From positions 124,001 through 188,000 of the forward strand of contig CM007989.1 of assembly GCA_002189035.1 (NCBI GenBank): 64,000 nt of DNA. Reading direction: 5' to 3'. A program made the translations under genes and the position numbers. Positions 24,370 through 37,075 of the stretch are shown one piece after another. Each line of letters opens with the position of its first letter. Position 1 is the stretch's first letter. The notes under the pieces were generated by a model. It searched no databases, was not told where the DNA came from, and worked only from the letters and a program-made list of their open reading frames with translations. Source of the DNA: Utricularia gibba. Its lineage: Eukaryota > Plantae > Magnoliophyta.

Positions 24370-26094
24370 TCTCCCAAGCTACACAAATTTAGCCAGCTCC
24401 CCTTATCTGAGATGTGCAAATGCAGTGAATATAAATCCTGAAGCAGCAGCTGAGATTTCTGTCATTGAAGGCAAAATAGCATCAGTCAACTCATAAGCTG
24501 ATACAGTTACATGAACTGCATATTTGGTTTCTATAAACAGCTTGTCAACTAGAGGTCTTACACTTTGTTTCAGACACCCGAACTCGTTTCAACCCAAAAT
24601 AACCTATAAGTCCAGATTTAAAGTGCAAGAATTTTTGTATAAAATAAAGCTTGAAAAAAGGGTAATGAAAACATTGAACAACTCCTCTAAAGACCAAAGA
24701 AAACCAGAATCTACTGTTCTACTGCATGGGTTCTACGTGTCTCGATCGTAAATTCAATCAAGTAACTAGTACAAGTGAATGTATTCGCACTTACGCAGCA
24801 ACCAATCGCAAAAGATGAAAAAACGGCAGTTCCGACACAGCAAAATTGAAAAGTCGAGCATATATAACCTTACCTTATAGCAAGGTCAAACAATAGTTGT
24901 TAGGATCAATCTAAATTATGCCGATCTTCAGGTCAGTACTGTCGTAGCACAGGACACCAAAATCAAAATATCTGGAGGGAATCGGCCCAAAAAGAAGCCT
25001 CCGGCGGAATCCCCAATGCTTGCGTTATCGCGGGATCGCCTCTCACGAACCCTAAGCGAAGAATAATCTCGCCGCAGCGATAAAAAAATTCTTACACCAC
25101 CGCTTGTGTGGAGAGAGCGAGAGAGAGAGACGCGTCTTGAAATGGAGGAGTGAGTAGTAGACTGGTTCTGGTAGATGCTAACGAAGCTTAAGGCGATGAC
25201 GTGTCCAGCATACCACCTGCACCTGGTTTACTTGTTTATAGTACTTGGGCATCCATTCATTGGGAAGGAATGAGGTGGGCCCGTGGGGGCATGATTGGGC
25301 TGGAATGGGCCACGGGCCCAGTGGAATTGCAGCTACTGGCCGCTAGTACGTACGTATGTTGCCGAAAAACTGGACACCACAGCGACGCGTGCTGCTGCTC
25401 TGTCTCATCCATCAACGTGCTTCTTGTCCTTGTGCTCCAAGCCGTATGTATTGCACCTAATTTTCTTTTTATATTTTACTTACTGCTCTCTACACATACT
25501 AACTGCATTCCACATGTTTCAAAGTGAAATAAAATGAAACGCATAACGTAGCATATTAAATATATTTATGTATTACAATTTACTGTTGTCTGTTTCCAGA
25601 AATTTTGGTTGAATTCCAAAGCTTATTTTGAGATGGATCCACAGTCCGATGCAGCTGAAAAGGTAAAGTGCCTGGCCTGCCGTCGGAGTTTTGTTAAAAG
25701 CGTTACGCGCCCCGCTGGCCTCTCCTCTCCAACTCTTGTCTCAAGCGATCCCACGCGCTCGCGTCCCTGCCAACGTGGCATGGGTAAACCAAAGTTGCCG
25801 GCCACCCGTGAAAACGCATTCTTACCGTTCCTTGCTTCCTGCCTCTGTCTTTGCGGCGATATAGGCCCCCTCATCGCTGTTATTTCCTACTTTTTTCACT
25901 TGGTAGTTTCGCCTCCACTTGGTAACCTGGGTGGTTGGTGTTGGTGACCCGTTTTCTACCGGGAATTGCGGGTGTTTATGAGCTGGGCTTGAATTCTTGG
26001 ATCGTTTTCTTCCCAGTTGGTAGCTCCTGAAACGCGGCCACATTCTTGCGTGAAACCAAGAACTTGCCGGTGGTTGGGCAGATCTGAACCGCCA

Positions 26095-29000
26095 ATGTCA
26101 GGACCTCTCGACCGATTAGCTTTGCCTTGTAATGTGCCTTTGTTTTCCTGGTTTTGCTTTGATTTTCTTGTGTCATTTAATGATTTCTTGATTTTGTCGC
26201 CAGTTGAGCATGACCCGTGTGGAAATTCTCGTTGTAGAAAAGGAAAAAAATGTTCTTGGAGACTGAAATGTAGTGTTCATATGGATTTCGTATGGCTTTT
26301 GGAGAAAAAAAAAATCACTTTTTTTTAACATATGTCGGTATTGTTGAGCAGGTTTTGAGGGTTCATCTGGGAATGATGAGAAAAAGGAAAGGAAATCTGA
26401 CTTTGAGAATTCAGAGGATGAGAGGAGGACAAGAATGGGATCTCTTAAAAAGAAGGCTCTTAATGCATCTTCTAAGTTCAAGCATTCTCTCAAGAAGAAA
26501 GGCAATAGAAGAAAGAGTGATGTAAGAGTCAGTTCTGTTTCAATTGAAGATATAAGGGACTCTGAGGAGCAACAGGCTGTGGAGTCATTTCGACAAGCCT
26601 TGGTATTGGACGAGTTGCTGCCAGAAAAGTTCGATGATTACCATATGATGCTAAGGTAGATTGAATTACAAGTGTTGGAAGAATGCCTTCAGGCTCTGTC
26701 TGAATCGTACAAATGGATTTGTAGGTTCCTGAGGGCCAGAAAATTCGATATTGAAAAGGCAAGGCAAATGTGGGCTGATATGATCCAATGGAGGATAGAT
26801 TTTGGTGTTGACAGTCTTGAGGTAATGGCATGCTTGTGCCTTTTAAATGATTCAGCTTAAACTGCAAACGAATCGTTTCCAATTACATTGGAAAACTTTT
26901 TTTTTTTTTATCCTTTCAGGATTTTGAATACAATGAGATTGATGATGTTTTGAAGTACTACCCTCATGGTTATCATGGAACTGATAAGGAAGGAAGGCCT
27001 TTATATATTGAAAGACTTGGGAAAGTTGAGCCTAACAAACTGATGCAAGTTACAACCATGGACCGCTATATAAAATATCATGTCAAGGAGTTCGAGAGAA
27101 GCTTTAAAATAAAGTTCCCAGCATGTACCATTGTTGCGAAACGACATATTGATTCAAGCACAACTATTCTAGATGTTCATGGTGTGGTATGTGCTTTGAT
27201 TAAGTAGGAGCTCTTCTCCAGCTATCAGTTAAAAAGTATTTTAATTTTCTGCTTTTTTGTTCAGGGTTGAAGAACTTTACTAAGAGCGCAAGAGACCTCA
27301 TCACAAGGCTCCAGAAGATTGATGGGGATAATTATCCTGAAGTAAATACCAGCTTCTTAAAATTCTGTGCTCATTTCACTCAAACTTGTCCAACATCTTC
27401 ATCTGATTTTTCCTTACTTGAATGTCTATTTGATGCAGACATTGCATCAAATGTTTATTGTCAATGCCGGTCCTGGGTTTCGGCTACTGTGGAATACTGT
27501 AAAGAGCTTTATAGACCCACGGACAGCCACTAAGATACATGTGTGATTTGCTGAAGGATTTGCTCTTGTGTTGATTAGTACGGTGAGTTTGAATCATATT
27601 GCCCTTCGTTTCATGTTGCAGGTTCTTGGAACTAAATACCAGCAGAAGCTGCTTGAAATCGTGGATGCTGGGTAAAAAATATCTGAGCAGTCATCTTCTT
27701 ACTTGCATTCTTTTTTGAATCATCTAAAAAAAAAAACCGTGTTTTTCCTGGCTTGTTCTGCAGCCAACTCCCAGATTTCTTGGGAGGGACGTGCACCTGT
27801 GCTGATCAAGGGGGCTGTCTTCACTCAGACAAAGGGCCATGGAAGAATCCCGATATTCTCAAGGCATTGGCATCATCTGATTCTATTGGCTTCTTACATG
27901 AAACCTCTACTTCAAGATATTTGAATTGGGTGAACTAAATATTTGAGTTGAATGCAGATGGTGTTGAATGGCGAAGCCAAACGAACTAGGCAGGTTCTTA
28001 AAATCATTAACAGTGATGGGAAGGTCGTATTTGTCAAGCCTCGTTATCCAGGAGTATGGCTCCTTTATTCATTGCACACTTCGGCATCAGACGTTGCTTA
28101 ACTCATTAAGTGATGCTGTTTCTTGTTTTTGCACAGTTCAAGGGCAGTGACACCTCCACAGCAGAGTCTGGTTCCGAAGCTGAGGATATTGTTTCACCAA
28201 AAGCTGCTAGGAGGCACCCTGTTATTCGACTGACTCCTGTGCGAGAGGAGGTATGGCCATCCAGTGGACAATTGCATTATATTAAGCATCTGTGCAGATA
28301 AAGTTCGCTGCAAAGCGTTTTCGGTTTTTCTTCAGACAAGGGCTATCGGAACTAGTTCCTATGGATATGATGAGTACGTTCCTATGGTTGATAAGCCTGT
28401 TGATTCTGCATTGAAGAAGCAAACCCCTCTTCAAGCAAATTATGCGTCTAAAGGTTCGTGGTTTCAATCTTGATGAACCCTCTTTTAGCCACCGTTTTTC
28501 TCCTGCAGAAATGAGTTGTTTATACTCCTCCCACAGAGATGCTTCCCGCACCTGAATGTCAACAAGCGCCTGAAGGAATCCTTGCTCGATTTTTGGCTGC
28601 TCTTATGTCGTTGTTAATGATGCTTTTCTCGTTCTTCCGCTTACTCTCACCTCAAAAATTTGCTTCAAATGATCAAACCATCTTTCACGGTGTCGTCCAT
28701 GGAGAGGAATGCAAAACTCCACCCCCCACTTCATCTCTAGCAGAGTCAGCAGCACTCCTAACTTCAGTCCATGAGAAGCTGGCTGCACTTGAAGCAAAGG
28801 TAAGCGTTCTTGAGTCTAAGCCATCAGGGATGCCGTATGAGAAAGAGGAGCTCCTTAATGCTGCTGTTTACCGTGTTGATGCCCTCGAAGCGGAGCTGAT
28901 CACAACCAAGAAGGTATCTTGTTACTTTGTATTGCTTTTCATGTCAAGAAATTTTTTCATTCAGCTTTTTCCTCTTACAAATAGTGTTGTTGATTCAGCC

Positions 29001-29193
29001 AAGCTCACAAAGCCTTGTTGTACGCAGGCTCTGTACGAGGCTCTTATCAGACAAGAAGAGCTGCTGGCTTATATTGACAGACAAGAAGCTGCCAGGTTCC
29101 GGGTAAGTGAAACCATACTACTTTTTCATATAATTCAACAGCTTGATTCCGATGGGTTGCTATCCCTTCTCTCAGAAACGGGGCTGCTTTTGA
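26095..29193 (+). CDS. Sec14/CRAL-TRIO phosphatidylinositol transfer protein with nodulin domain (SFH6/SFH8-like), 14 exons
   Basis: [99 protein letters not shown]-terminal RKRGCF*. Confidence 0.95.
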
Positions 29194-29545
29194 ATCAAAG
29201 ATGCCATCGGTGATTTTATCCTCGTTACAAGCTCTCGCCTTTTTTGCTGTTTATGTGCAAAATCAAGGGAGGAAAGCAGCTGTGTTGCATTGGTTTGTAT
29301 GTGCGCAGGGGCAGACAGATCCTCCGTTCACTTGCTATCCTTTTGTGTGATCCTGGTTTGTACTCTCTAAACCGGTTGGGAGTGTGAAATGGTGAAACGG
29401 TATGTTCCATCACAGCATTAGAACCAGGAATAAGAAGAAAGAAAGAAACTTGGGAGTAGGTGTGGAGATGAGTATATTGTATGTAGATAAATTAGAATCC
29501 TTTACAACAAGATGAACGCCAAGTGAACAGAAGAAAAGCGGCCAG

Positions 29546-30235
29546 CTATTCTTCTGCTCCCATCAGGAACCTCCGCTGCCGCTCAATAAACGCCTCCGAC
29601 TTCTGCCGTAACTCCTCCCCGGTCAGCTCCTCCCCCTTGCTGGGTGGAGGTTTTGTCCTGGAAGAAGAATCCACGTGGATTCTACGAGTCACGGCGGCGC
29701 TCGGGTTAACGGCTTCTTTATCAACCACCGGTTGTTGTTGAACTTGAACACACACCTCCTCTGCCGCGATCTTGTTCGTACGACGTCGGATTGAGGCGCC
29801 TGTACGGAATCCACGCCGGCGCGGATCTCAGCCGTATGAGGTGCCGGTTTTTCAGGTTTCTCAGTCCGGCTGTCCTGTGGGATCTCCGGCGGCTCCACGG
29901 CTTTCGAGGGAGCGTTAGGGCACTTTTTAACGTACTCATCGTAATAATCCGTCAACTTTTCCCCTCTACTCTCTGATAATTTCCCGGCTCCGAGAACAAG
30001 AGTGACGATTATGGCGTTCACGACGAGAAACACAAATCGCGGGTGACGATGGTGTCCGCAACGCCACCAAGCCACTCGCCGGAAAACTTGAAGGAAAGCG
30101 ATAACTCGGATGAAAACCTGGAGAGCACATAGAAAAGCAGGAAAATTTCAAGAGCACGAAACGCCTTGGCGATCCTCCGCAACTTGGGAGTGGCATTGAG
30201 TCTCCGTTTGTGAGACCCAGGTCGTGAAACTTCAT
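29546..30235 (-). CDS. DUF4408-like intronless membrane-anchored protein; three apparent 1-nt frameshifts (error or pseudogene)
   Basis: Joined frames give KLRRIAKAFRALEIFLLFYVLSR..SGEW..PRFVFLVVNAIIVTL and C-terminal EELTGEELRQKSEAFIERQRRFL, typical of this plant family. Confidence 0.7.
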
Positions 30236-30499
30236 CCTCTCCAAGCAAAGCCTCGTCAACCGACGGGGTAGTCAGTCAGTCGTTGGAGAAATGGGTTTCC
30301 AGCATGGAGCAAGAGAGAACGGTACGGTGCATCCGCTGTCGAGGATTGAATAGGGGACTGGGAGGAGGAGGGGTATTTATAGCAGCCCCGTAGGGGAGTT
30401 TCTATATGGCGACACGTGTGGAAGTTCAATATCATCACCACTTGTAATGCACTGGCGCATCGCGTTTTGAAATGGAAAGGGTAGTTCACTTCGGACTTC

Positions 30500-31400
30500 G
30501 GAATCGATTGTTAGCGTAAATAATGGTCCTCATATTATACTTTTATTATCATAAATAATAAAAACCCAAAAGGGGGATATTTTTATACATAATCTTAAAA
30601 TGATCTACTTTTTTATTATTTTCTTTTCTCTGAAACATTGAAATAAAGCATCAAGTCTATCCATTTGTTGCTTGTGGGTTATATGCATTACAGTTGAGGA
30701 CAATGGTTAAACTTATAAACATAAAATTCTAATTTATTATAAAACTAAAAACCAGTATATCAAATATTATGTGTACATAAACTAGCCAAGTAAATGAGGG
30801 CTAACTGTCAATTGTTCGTTTTTAGGCATTTGACACCATATAGACGTACCACGAAAAGATTAAGTTTTGCACCATCTCATAATATATCATGAGTACTTTA
30901 ACCATAAGTTATGGAAGACAATATCATTGTGTGTACTTTAGTCATATTTTCCCAAGAGTAATAGCATTATGCGTATAACATTGATCCTAATTTGTTGCAA
31001 ACCACACCACCCACTATATATAAATTTTTAATTAAAAAAGGACAATTTTATTGTTTTACATATAAAACCATTTATACTATACTATATTATAGAAGATTTA
31101 TATACAAGTTTATATATAAATTGTTGTCTGATAATATAGCATATGTATGTCAACTTTGTATGATTATATCATATATTTCTTTTTTAAGCATATGAGTTAC
31201 ATATACAAAATGAAGTAAATAATAAGAAAACTAACTATATTTATATCGCTTATATACTCAAATTTTTATTATCGAATATTAAACATTGTATATGATTGGG
31301 TATATATATATTCAATTACATTATATTTAAACATACTAATATTATATTAATATGATACGAGTTATTGCACATATTACTTTTTAATCATTATTAACCCAAA
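30500..31400. other. AT-rich non-coding island
   Basis: Visibly much more AT-rich than the rest of the window, with no credible ORF and no terminal repeats seen. Confidence 0.7.
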
Positions 31401-32265
31401 ATGATTTCCGTGTGGGGTAGGGGTTGGGGTTCCTTCCTTACCCACTAAGACAAGAGACGACAAGAAGGCGTGGGTCCATCCAATGAAATGAAATGACTGC
31501 ATCCAATCCATCCACTCAGCCCACTCTCCACAATAGTCCTACTTTGCTTCTTCCCACTATCTTCTCCTCAATGCCTGTCTACGCGACCTTCCATTTCCAT
31601 TCCCATTTCCATTTCCCACACACACAGACAGATATCGACAAATGACCAACCCATCAATGTTTTCTTCACTAGAAGTAAGTAGCAGCAGGCAGTATAATCC
31701 AATCCAATCCAATCCAATCCGTTTTGCATGCATGGGGTTCTCTGGAAATAAGGGAGGATACATATGATGTTCTAGATTGAAGGCGAACACACTGTTGGAG
31801 AAAAGCATCGTGCCAATAATTCTGCCTTTTCACATTTTCTCTGGTGGGTGTGGGCGCGGGTGCGGGTGCCTTCATCCTTATCTCACCAATCCTTGTCATC
31901 TTCCTCCAGGGGGGCAAATGTATATTTATTTTTTTCATCACCTTCAACTGCTTCTTTATATTATTCATTCCTTCATAATTTAATTACCAGAGGAGGTAGA
32001 TATATAGCTGCCACACCAATCACCATGGGTGTCCAAACAAATTCCAGTCTATTGTGATCGCACTCCGGCCCGCGAAGACTAAGAGCCCAACATGGCTTTC
32101 TTGTGGAGGGGCCCAGCCCAATGGAGCCGCGCAGCAAGGAACGACCATCATCTAATCGCCACCCTCTCTCTATTTGACGACGACGTACGCGATTTCTTCA
32201 CGGCGCTATTTCGTCTTCCATTCCTGCGCATTTCGACCGTTGCGAAACAAAAAACCAGAACGGAA

Positions 32266-33000
32266 ATGGAGACGTTGCACGAAGAGGAAGAATACTGCTG
32301 GCGAGAAGTTAAACTTCCCTCGCTTATCCCAATCGTGGGCGAGCCAGGGCTGGAGAGAGAGACCGGCGAGAGAAGACGGGGACGCGATATAATCGTTGCA
32401 ATCGATCACGGCCCCAATAGCAAGCACGCTTTCGATTGGGCAATCACCCATCTCTGCCGCCTTGCCGATACTCTCCATCTCGTTCACGCCGTTTCCAGTA
32501 AGCATCATCCAATTCTAAATCCCCTTGTGCCATGTGATGCTCAATTTGTTGCCAAACTAGGCATCAGCAACGGGCTCGTCTATGAGATGGCGCAAGTTCT
32601 CATGGAAAAGTTTGCGGTTGAGGCCTTTCAAGTTGCCATGGTGAGTTTCTTCTTTCCCTAATCTGGGGTTTCACACGCAATGATTGATGATAGGGTTCAC
32701 AGCATTTTGTTTTGTTATCTGGATGAAAATGGATAGGAGAGGGAGCTAGAAATTGGATTCATTTAAGCCGGTCTTCCGCCATGGCAATGGGATGTTGGAG
32801 TGTGGTTTGAAAACAAGGATGATAATGCATCTTGCTGACCGATATCCAAACTAACAAGTTTTTATATCAAAACAGGTAAAAGCTCAGGCCAGGATTGTGG
32901 AAGGCGACGCAGGGAAGGCAATATGCAAGGAAGCAGAGCGGTTGAAGCCCGCAGCCGTTGTCGTGGGAACCCGAGGACGGGGGTTGATTAAGAGGTATCA

Positions 33001-33035
<35 letters not shown>

Positions 33036-33266
33036 CCGTAGGCAAAGAGGAATCTGTGATTTATTATTATTCTCTCCCGGTTCCGTTCCTTGTCAGCGTG
33101 CTACAGGGTAGTGTAAGTGAGTACTGCTTCCACAACTGTAAAATTGCCCCAGTCATCATCGTTCCTGGAAAAGGTATCAGCCAACCTTTCTTCCATGCTC
33201 CCTAAGCTGTTCGGATGAGCTAGTGTTTATGCTTTTGCAGAAGCGGGAGAGGAGTCTGTGGTATGA
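32266..33266 (+). CDS. RD2: Universal stress protein A-like, RD2 type, 5 exons
   Basis: METLHEEEEYCWREVKLPSLIP..GERRRGRDIIVAIDHGPNSKHAFDWA, EGDAGKAICKEAERLKPAAVVVGTRGRG, VLQGSVSEYCFHNCKIAPVIIVPGK. Confidence 0.95.
33002..33035. repeat. (CTGT)n microsatellite in a USP intron
   Basis: Read directly from the sequence. Confidence 0.85.
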
Positions 33267-34182
33267 GGGCACTTGAAGGAACTCAGGTTCCGGTTTCAGA
33301 GTTGTTTACACTACAAATGCAGCAATAGTACCTTAAAAGGCAAAGCATGAGTGTCAATATGAGAGTGGAAGTGTATTCAGCCTATGTGTTTTTTTATTAA
33401 CAATTCCAATGAAACTGCACGCGCGGCACAATAAATGTGAAAGAAGATTGCTGCTGCGGCAGCGCATATCAAGGGAGGTGAGGCGGGCGTTACGAATAAT
33501 AGCGGCAGTTAGATTGAGGTATTCAAAGGCTGGTGCACTTGTTGCGGGGTTTTCGTGCCCACAGCTTTGGCCGATCCAATCCCCTCGCATAGTTCTGGAT
33601 ATCCAGCGTAGGGACCAAGAGTACCGCTTCTCCTCCTCAAGAATCCAGTAGACGTAGGCAGACGGGGAAACCGTACCATCTGCCTGAAACAAGAAATGAA
33701 TCGAAGACGAGTAGAAATAGAGCTCAAGAAAAGGTACAAACATCGAAAGGGGAAGAGAAGACGATTTACCCCATGCAGAGGGAATCCCGCCCGCCCAGGT
33801 TGTTTCCGAATGAGGTCCAAGATTGAAAAAAAACGTAATCTAGTTGAAACAGAATTGAGGAACACTAGAACAAGCGCCCTGAGTCCATGGGGGCGGAAGG
33901 CATATCAGATACCTGTAAATCGAAATGCAGTTCAAAGGCAGCTCGCCACTTGGTAAAACGCATCATCAAGTAGACGGCGGGTTATGTGATGTGTGCTACA
34001 ACAACTTGCACAACTGGATCTGACCCTCCCTCCCTCCATGCCGCATCTTCACTTCCAAGTCCGCCAAAAGCCTCTGCCACTGTGGATTGTGGAATCCGGA
34101 TGAGTTGTTGGCAAGGGTCGCCGTCGTGGAAACATATGGTTTAAAACATTGATAATTAAAAAGCATCCAAAAATAGAGATAC

Positions 34183-34254
34183 AGGTCCCACCGAGATTTG
34201 AACTCGGGTTACTGGATTCAGAGTCCAATGTCCTAACCACTAGACCATGGGACC
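34183..34254 (-). tRNA. tRNA-Gln (anticodon CTG)
   Basis: GGTCCCATGGTCTAGTGGTTAGGACATTGGACTCTGAATCCAGTAACCCGAGTTCAAATCTCGGTGGGACCT folds as a cloverleaf with A and B boxes; T5 terminator just downstream. Confidence 0.97.
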
Positions 34255-34341
34255 TGTGGCATTGGGTGACACAATTGTAGTCTTATATCTATATTTTCTT
34301 GTTGTTATTTTCCACATCCCGGCCACTTCCGGAGCACAAAG

Positions 34342-36825
34342 ATGTTGTCATCCTCGCCAAACTCGCTCACTCTCTTCCACACCCGTCGCCGGTTTTCTCC
34401 ATTCGCCACCTATGACCCTTGCTCTCTCCGCCGACACTTTACCTGCGCTTCGTCGCTCTCGGAGCGGGAGGTCGCAGGGGATGCCACCGGCGATGGGATC
34501 TTTCTTCGCACTCACAACGCTAAGTCCACCTCCACTGTTCTCCGGCATTTATCACCCAGTGATCAGCTACCGGAACCGAAATGTGAAGCAGATGCGATTT
34601 TTCTCGAAAAAGATAAGGATAAGATGCTTGAATTTTCACTTGATAAGAGAACCCCACAGTTTCCTGGTTCCGTTTATCTAGATTCTTCAACTTCTCAAGC
34701 TCAAAGAATTCTCAGCGGTGGAGGAGACAGTTCCGACTTACACGAGGGTGATATTGGCAATGGAATGCTTATAAGAGCTCTCGAAATTCGGAGAAAAGTG
34801 ACTGTGGAGGTTTTCAAGGACTGCATGAAAAAGGGCAAGTTTGGGATCACTTATTCTGAAAACTTGGTTTCCCAAATACCTGAATTCATAGATTTTGCTA
34901 TGATTAAGGCGGTTTCTCTCAAGAACTCAGCCGAATTCTCGCGCTCCTCGTTTAACGTTCGAGCAAGGGCGTTCATTGATGCATCTGGAGTTGTGCCTCT
35001 TATAAGGTATAGGGCTATATGTGGAGAAGATCCATTTTCTCTACCAAAATGCTGTCTGTCTCAATGCAAAGTCTGTGTATCTTCCTTTGTTTTATTTTGA
35101 ATTTCTGTCCAGGTGGCTGAAGCACAACTCGCTATCCTATCCACAAATTGGGAAGCTGATTGTGAGATCTGGAGGAAACTTTGGTATCATAAGGCAGTTG
35201 GCAGAATGGTTGAAGTCCATACATGTGAAGGGTAGGTACATCGGAGTGACATTGACTCGAGTTGAGGGAAATGTCTTGGAACGTAACATAGAAGATTTGA
35301 GTGAGATTGTTGAGTATCTGGAGAATAATGGTGTTAGAAGTGACTGGATGGGTTATGTGATCAGTAGATGCCCTGAGATATTGACCTTTAGCCTGAAAGA
35401 ACTGCGAAATCGCACTGAATTCTTTCTGAGAATGGGAATGGATAAGAATGACTTTGGAACTATGGTGTTTGACTGTCCAAAGGTGCTTGGTTACCTCTCC
35501 ATGGAAGAGATGAACCGGAAGGTTGCTATTGTTTTTGAGTATTTTCTTGAGTCAGAAGAATTCTGGGAACACCTTTGGTTACATAAAGTTCTTTATTCGT
35601 ATGCCCAGGTTATGTACTTGAAGGAATTTGGACTCAGTGACGAGGATATGGGCCGCTTATTAGCACATAAACCTCAGCTGATGGCATGCAGCATTGAGGA
35701 AAGATGGATGCCCCTCGTAAAGTACTTTTACTACCTTGGGGTTTCTAAAGATGGGATGCGGAGAATTCTTACTGTCAAACCGATTATTTTCTGCATTGAT
35801 CTTGAAAGCACCATTGTGCCAAAGGTTTTGCCTTTATATAGTAACATTCATCAAATTTATGCTTTTTTTTCGCTTCAGTTTTATTCTTGATCTTATATTT
35901 TGTTGCCTCCTTCAAGGTAAATTTTTTACGAGATATTGGTGTCACAGAAGATGCACTGGGAGGTGTCCTTGTCAAGTTTCCCTCTGTCATGACTTATAGT
36001 CTCTACAAGAAAATACGCCCTTTGGTACCATTTTTTTTTCTAATGCATGCGAACTTTTCTTTTGTGGTGAATGCAAACTTTGGCCCTGTTCCTTATATCA
36101 TATGCTTTCTTCAAAGTTTTGTATTCCATATTTAAATTTTGCATGGCACTTATCAAAGCCTGCCTTACTGTAAAAATTTGCAAAGAAATACTGCATTTTC
36201 ATGTTTTTTATGCTTCTTCTGGCCGATGCTCATTGAGTTGGTTTTAATGGCTTGGTAGGTCATTTTCTTGATCGCAAATGCTGGAGTTTCTCAAAATGAT
36301 GTGGGGAAGGTGATAGCTTTAGCTCCAGAGCTCCTGGGATGCAGCATTCCGCACAAACTGGACCTCAATGTGAAATATTTCTTGTCCCTAGGCATCAGAC
36401 TTCCTGTGTTGGGCAACATGATTTCAGACTTCCCTCACTGCTATGCTACAACATCGATGTGCTTCGTCCCAAATATAGGTATTTGAGGCGTGTGATGGTG
36501 CGACCTTTGCAGGATCTTATCGAGTTCCCCAGGTCTGCACTGGGAACACAACCTTACACCTTCCTGAGACATAGATGTCAAATAATGATGCTTGTTTGTG
36601 GCAATTGCATCACAGGTTCTTTAGCTATTCACTGGAGGAGCGAATCATCCCCGGCATAAGATCATGGTGGAGAACCGGGTTAACTTTAAGCTCCGTTACA
36701 TGCTGAAGAGCACGGACGAGGACTTCGACGCCAGAGTGAAGGAAGCCGTAGACAGACGACGAAGATTCGAGTGTGGTTTAATAGAACATCCCGCATCAGA
36801 TTCTGAAGCTGACCCTGCCTACTGA
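34342..36825 (+). CDS. mTERF2: Plastid mTERF protein (mTERF2/EMB2219-like), 6 exons; apparent 1-nt deficit at 36432-36434
   Basis: RTPQFPGSVY, RALEIRRKVT, EYLENNGVRSDWMGYVISRCPE, LMACSIEERWMPLVKYFYYLG, LRPKYRYLRRVMVRPLQDLIEFPRFFSYSLEERIIPRH. Confidence 0.93.
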
Positions 36826-37075
36826 ACACCAAATGAAACCGCTGTCACTCGCCCAGGTGGACAGGGAAACTGTAAAGCTTTACTTTAAAGTTAATAGATA
36901 TTTTTTTGAATATATAGCATGAAATTTCAACGAGCCTTGTGTCCAAGTGACATGCACCATAATCACAAGGGTTCCCATGGTTTTACACAGCTTTTCGATT
37001 TCAGGTTTTCAAAATCTCAAATCCAAACTCCCAAATAATAAATGAGATATGCCATGAAGTTTCCAGACGTCGAAG

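Noticed and set aside
33905-33968. TGATGA...CTGA on the minus strand resembling a C/D snoRNA near the tRNA (tRNA-snoRNA dicistron idea)
   Set aside because: It lies more than 200 nt past the tRNA terminator, I found no terminal stem or rRNA-complementary guide before the D box, and the CTGA falls inside a predicted intron donor region.
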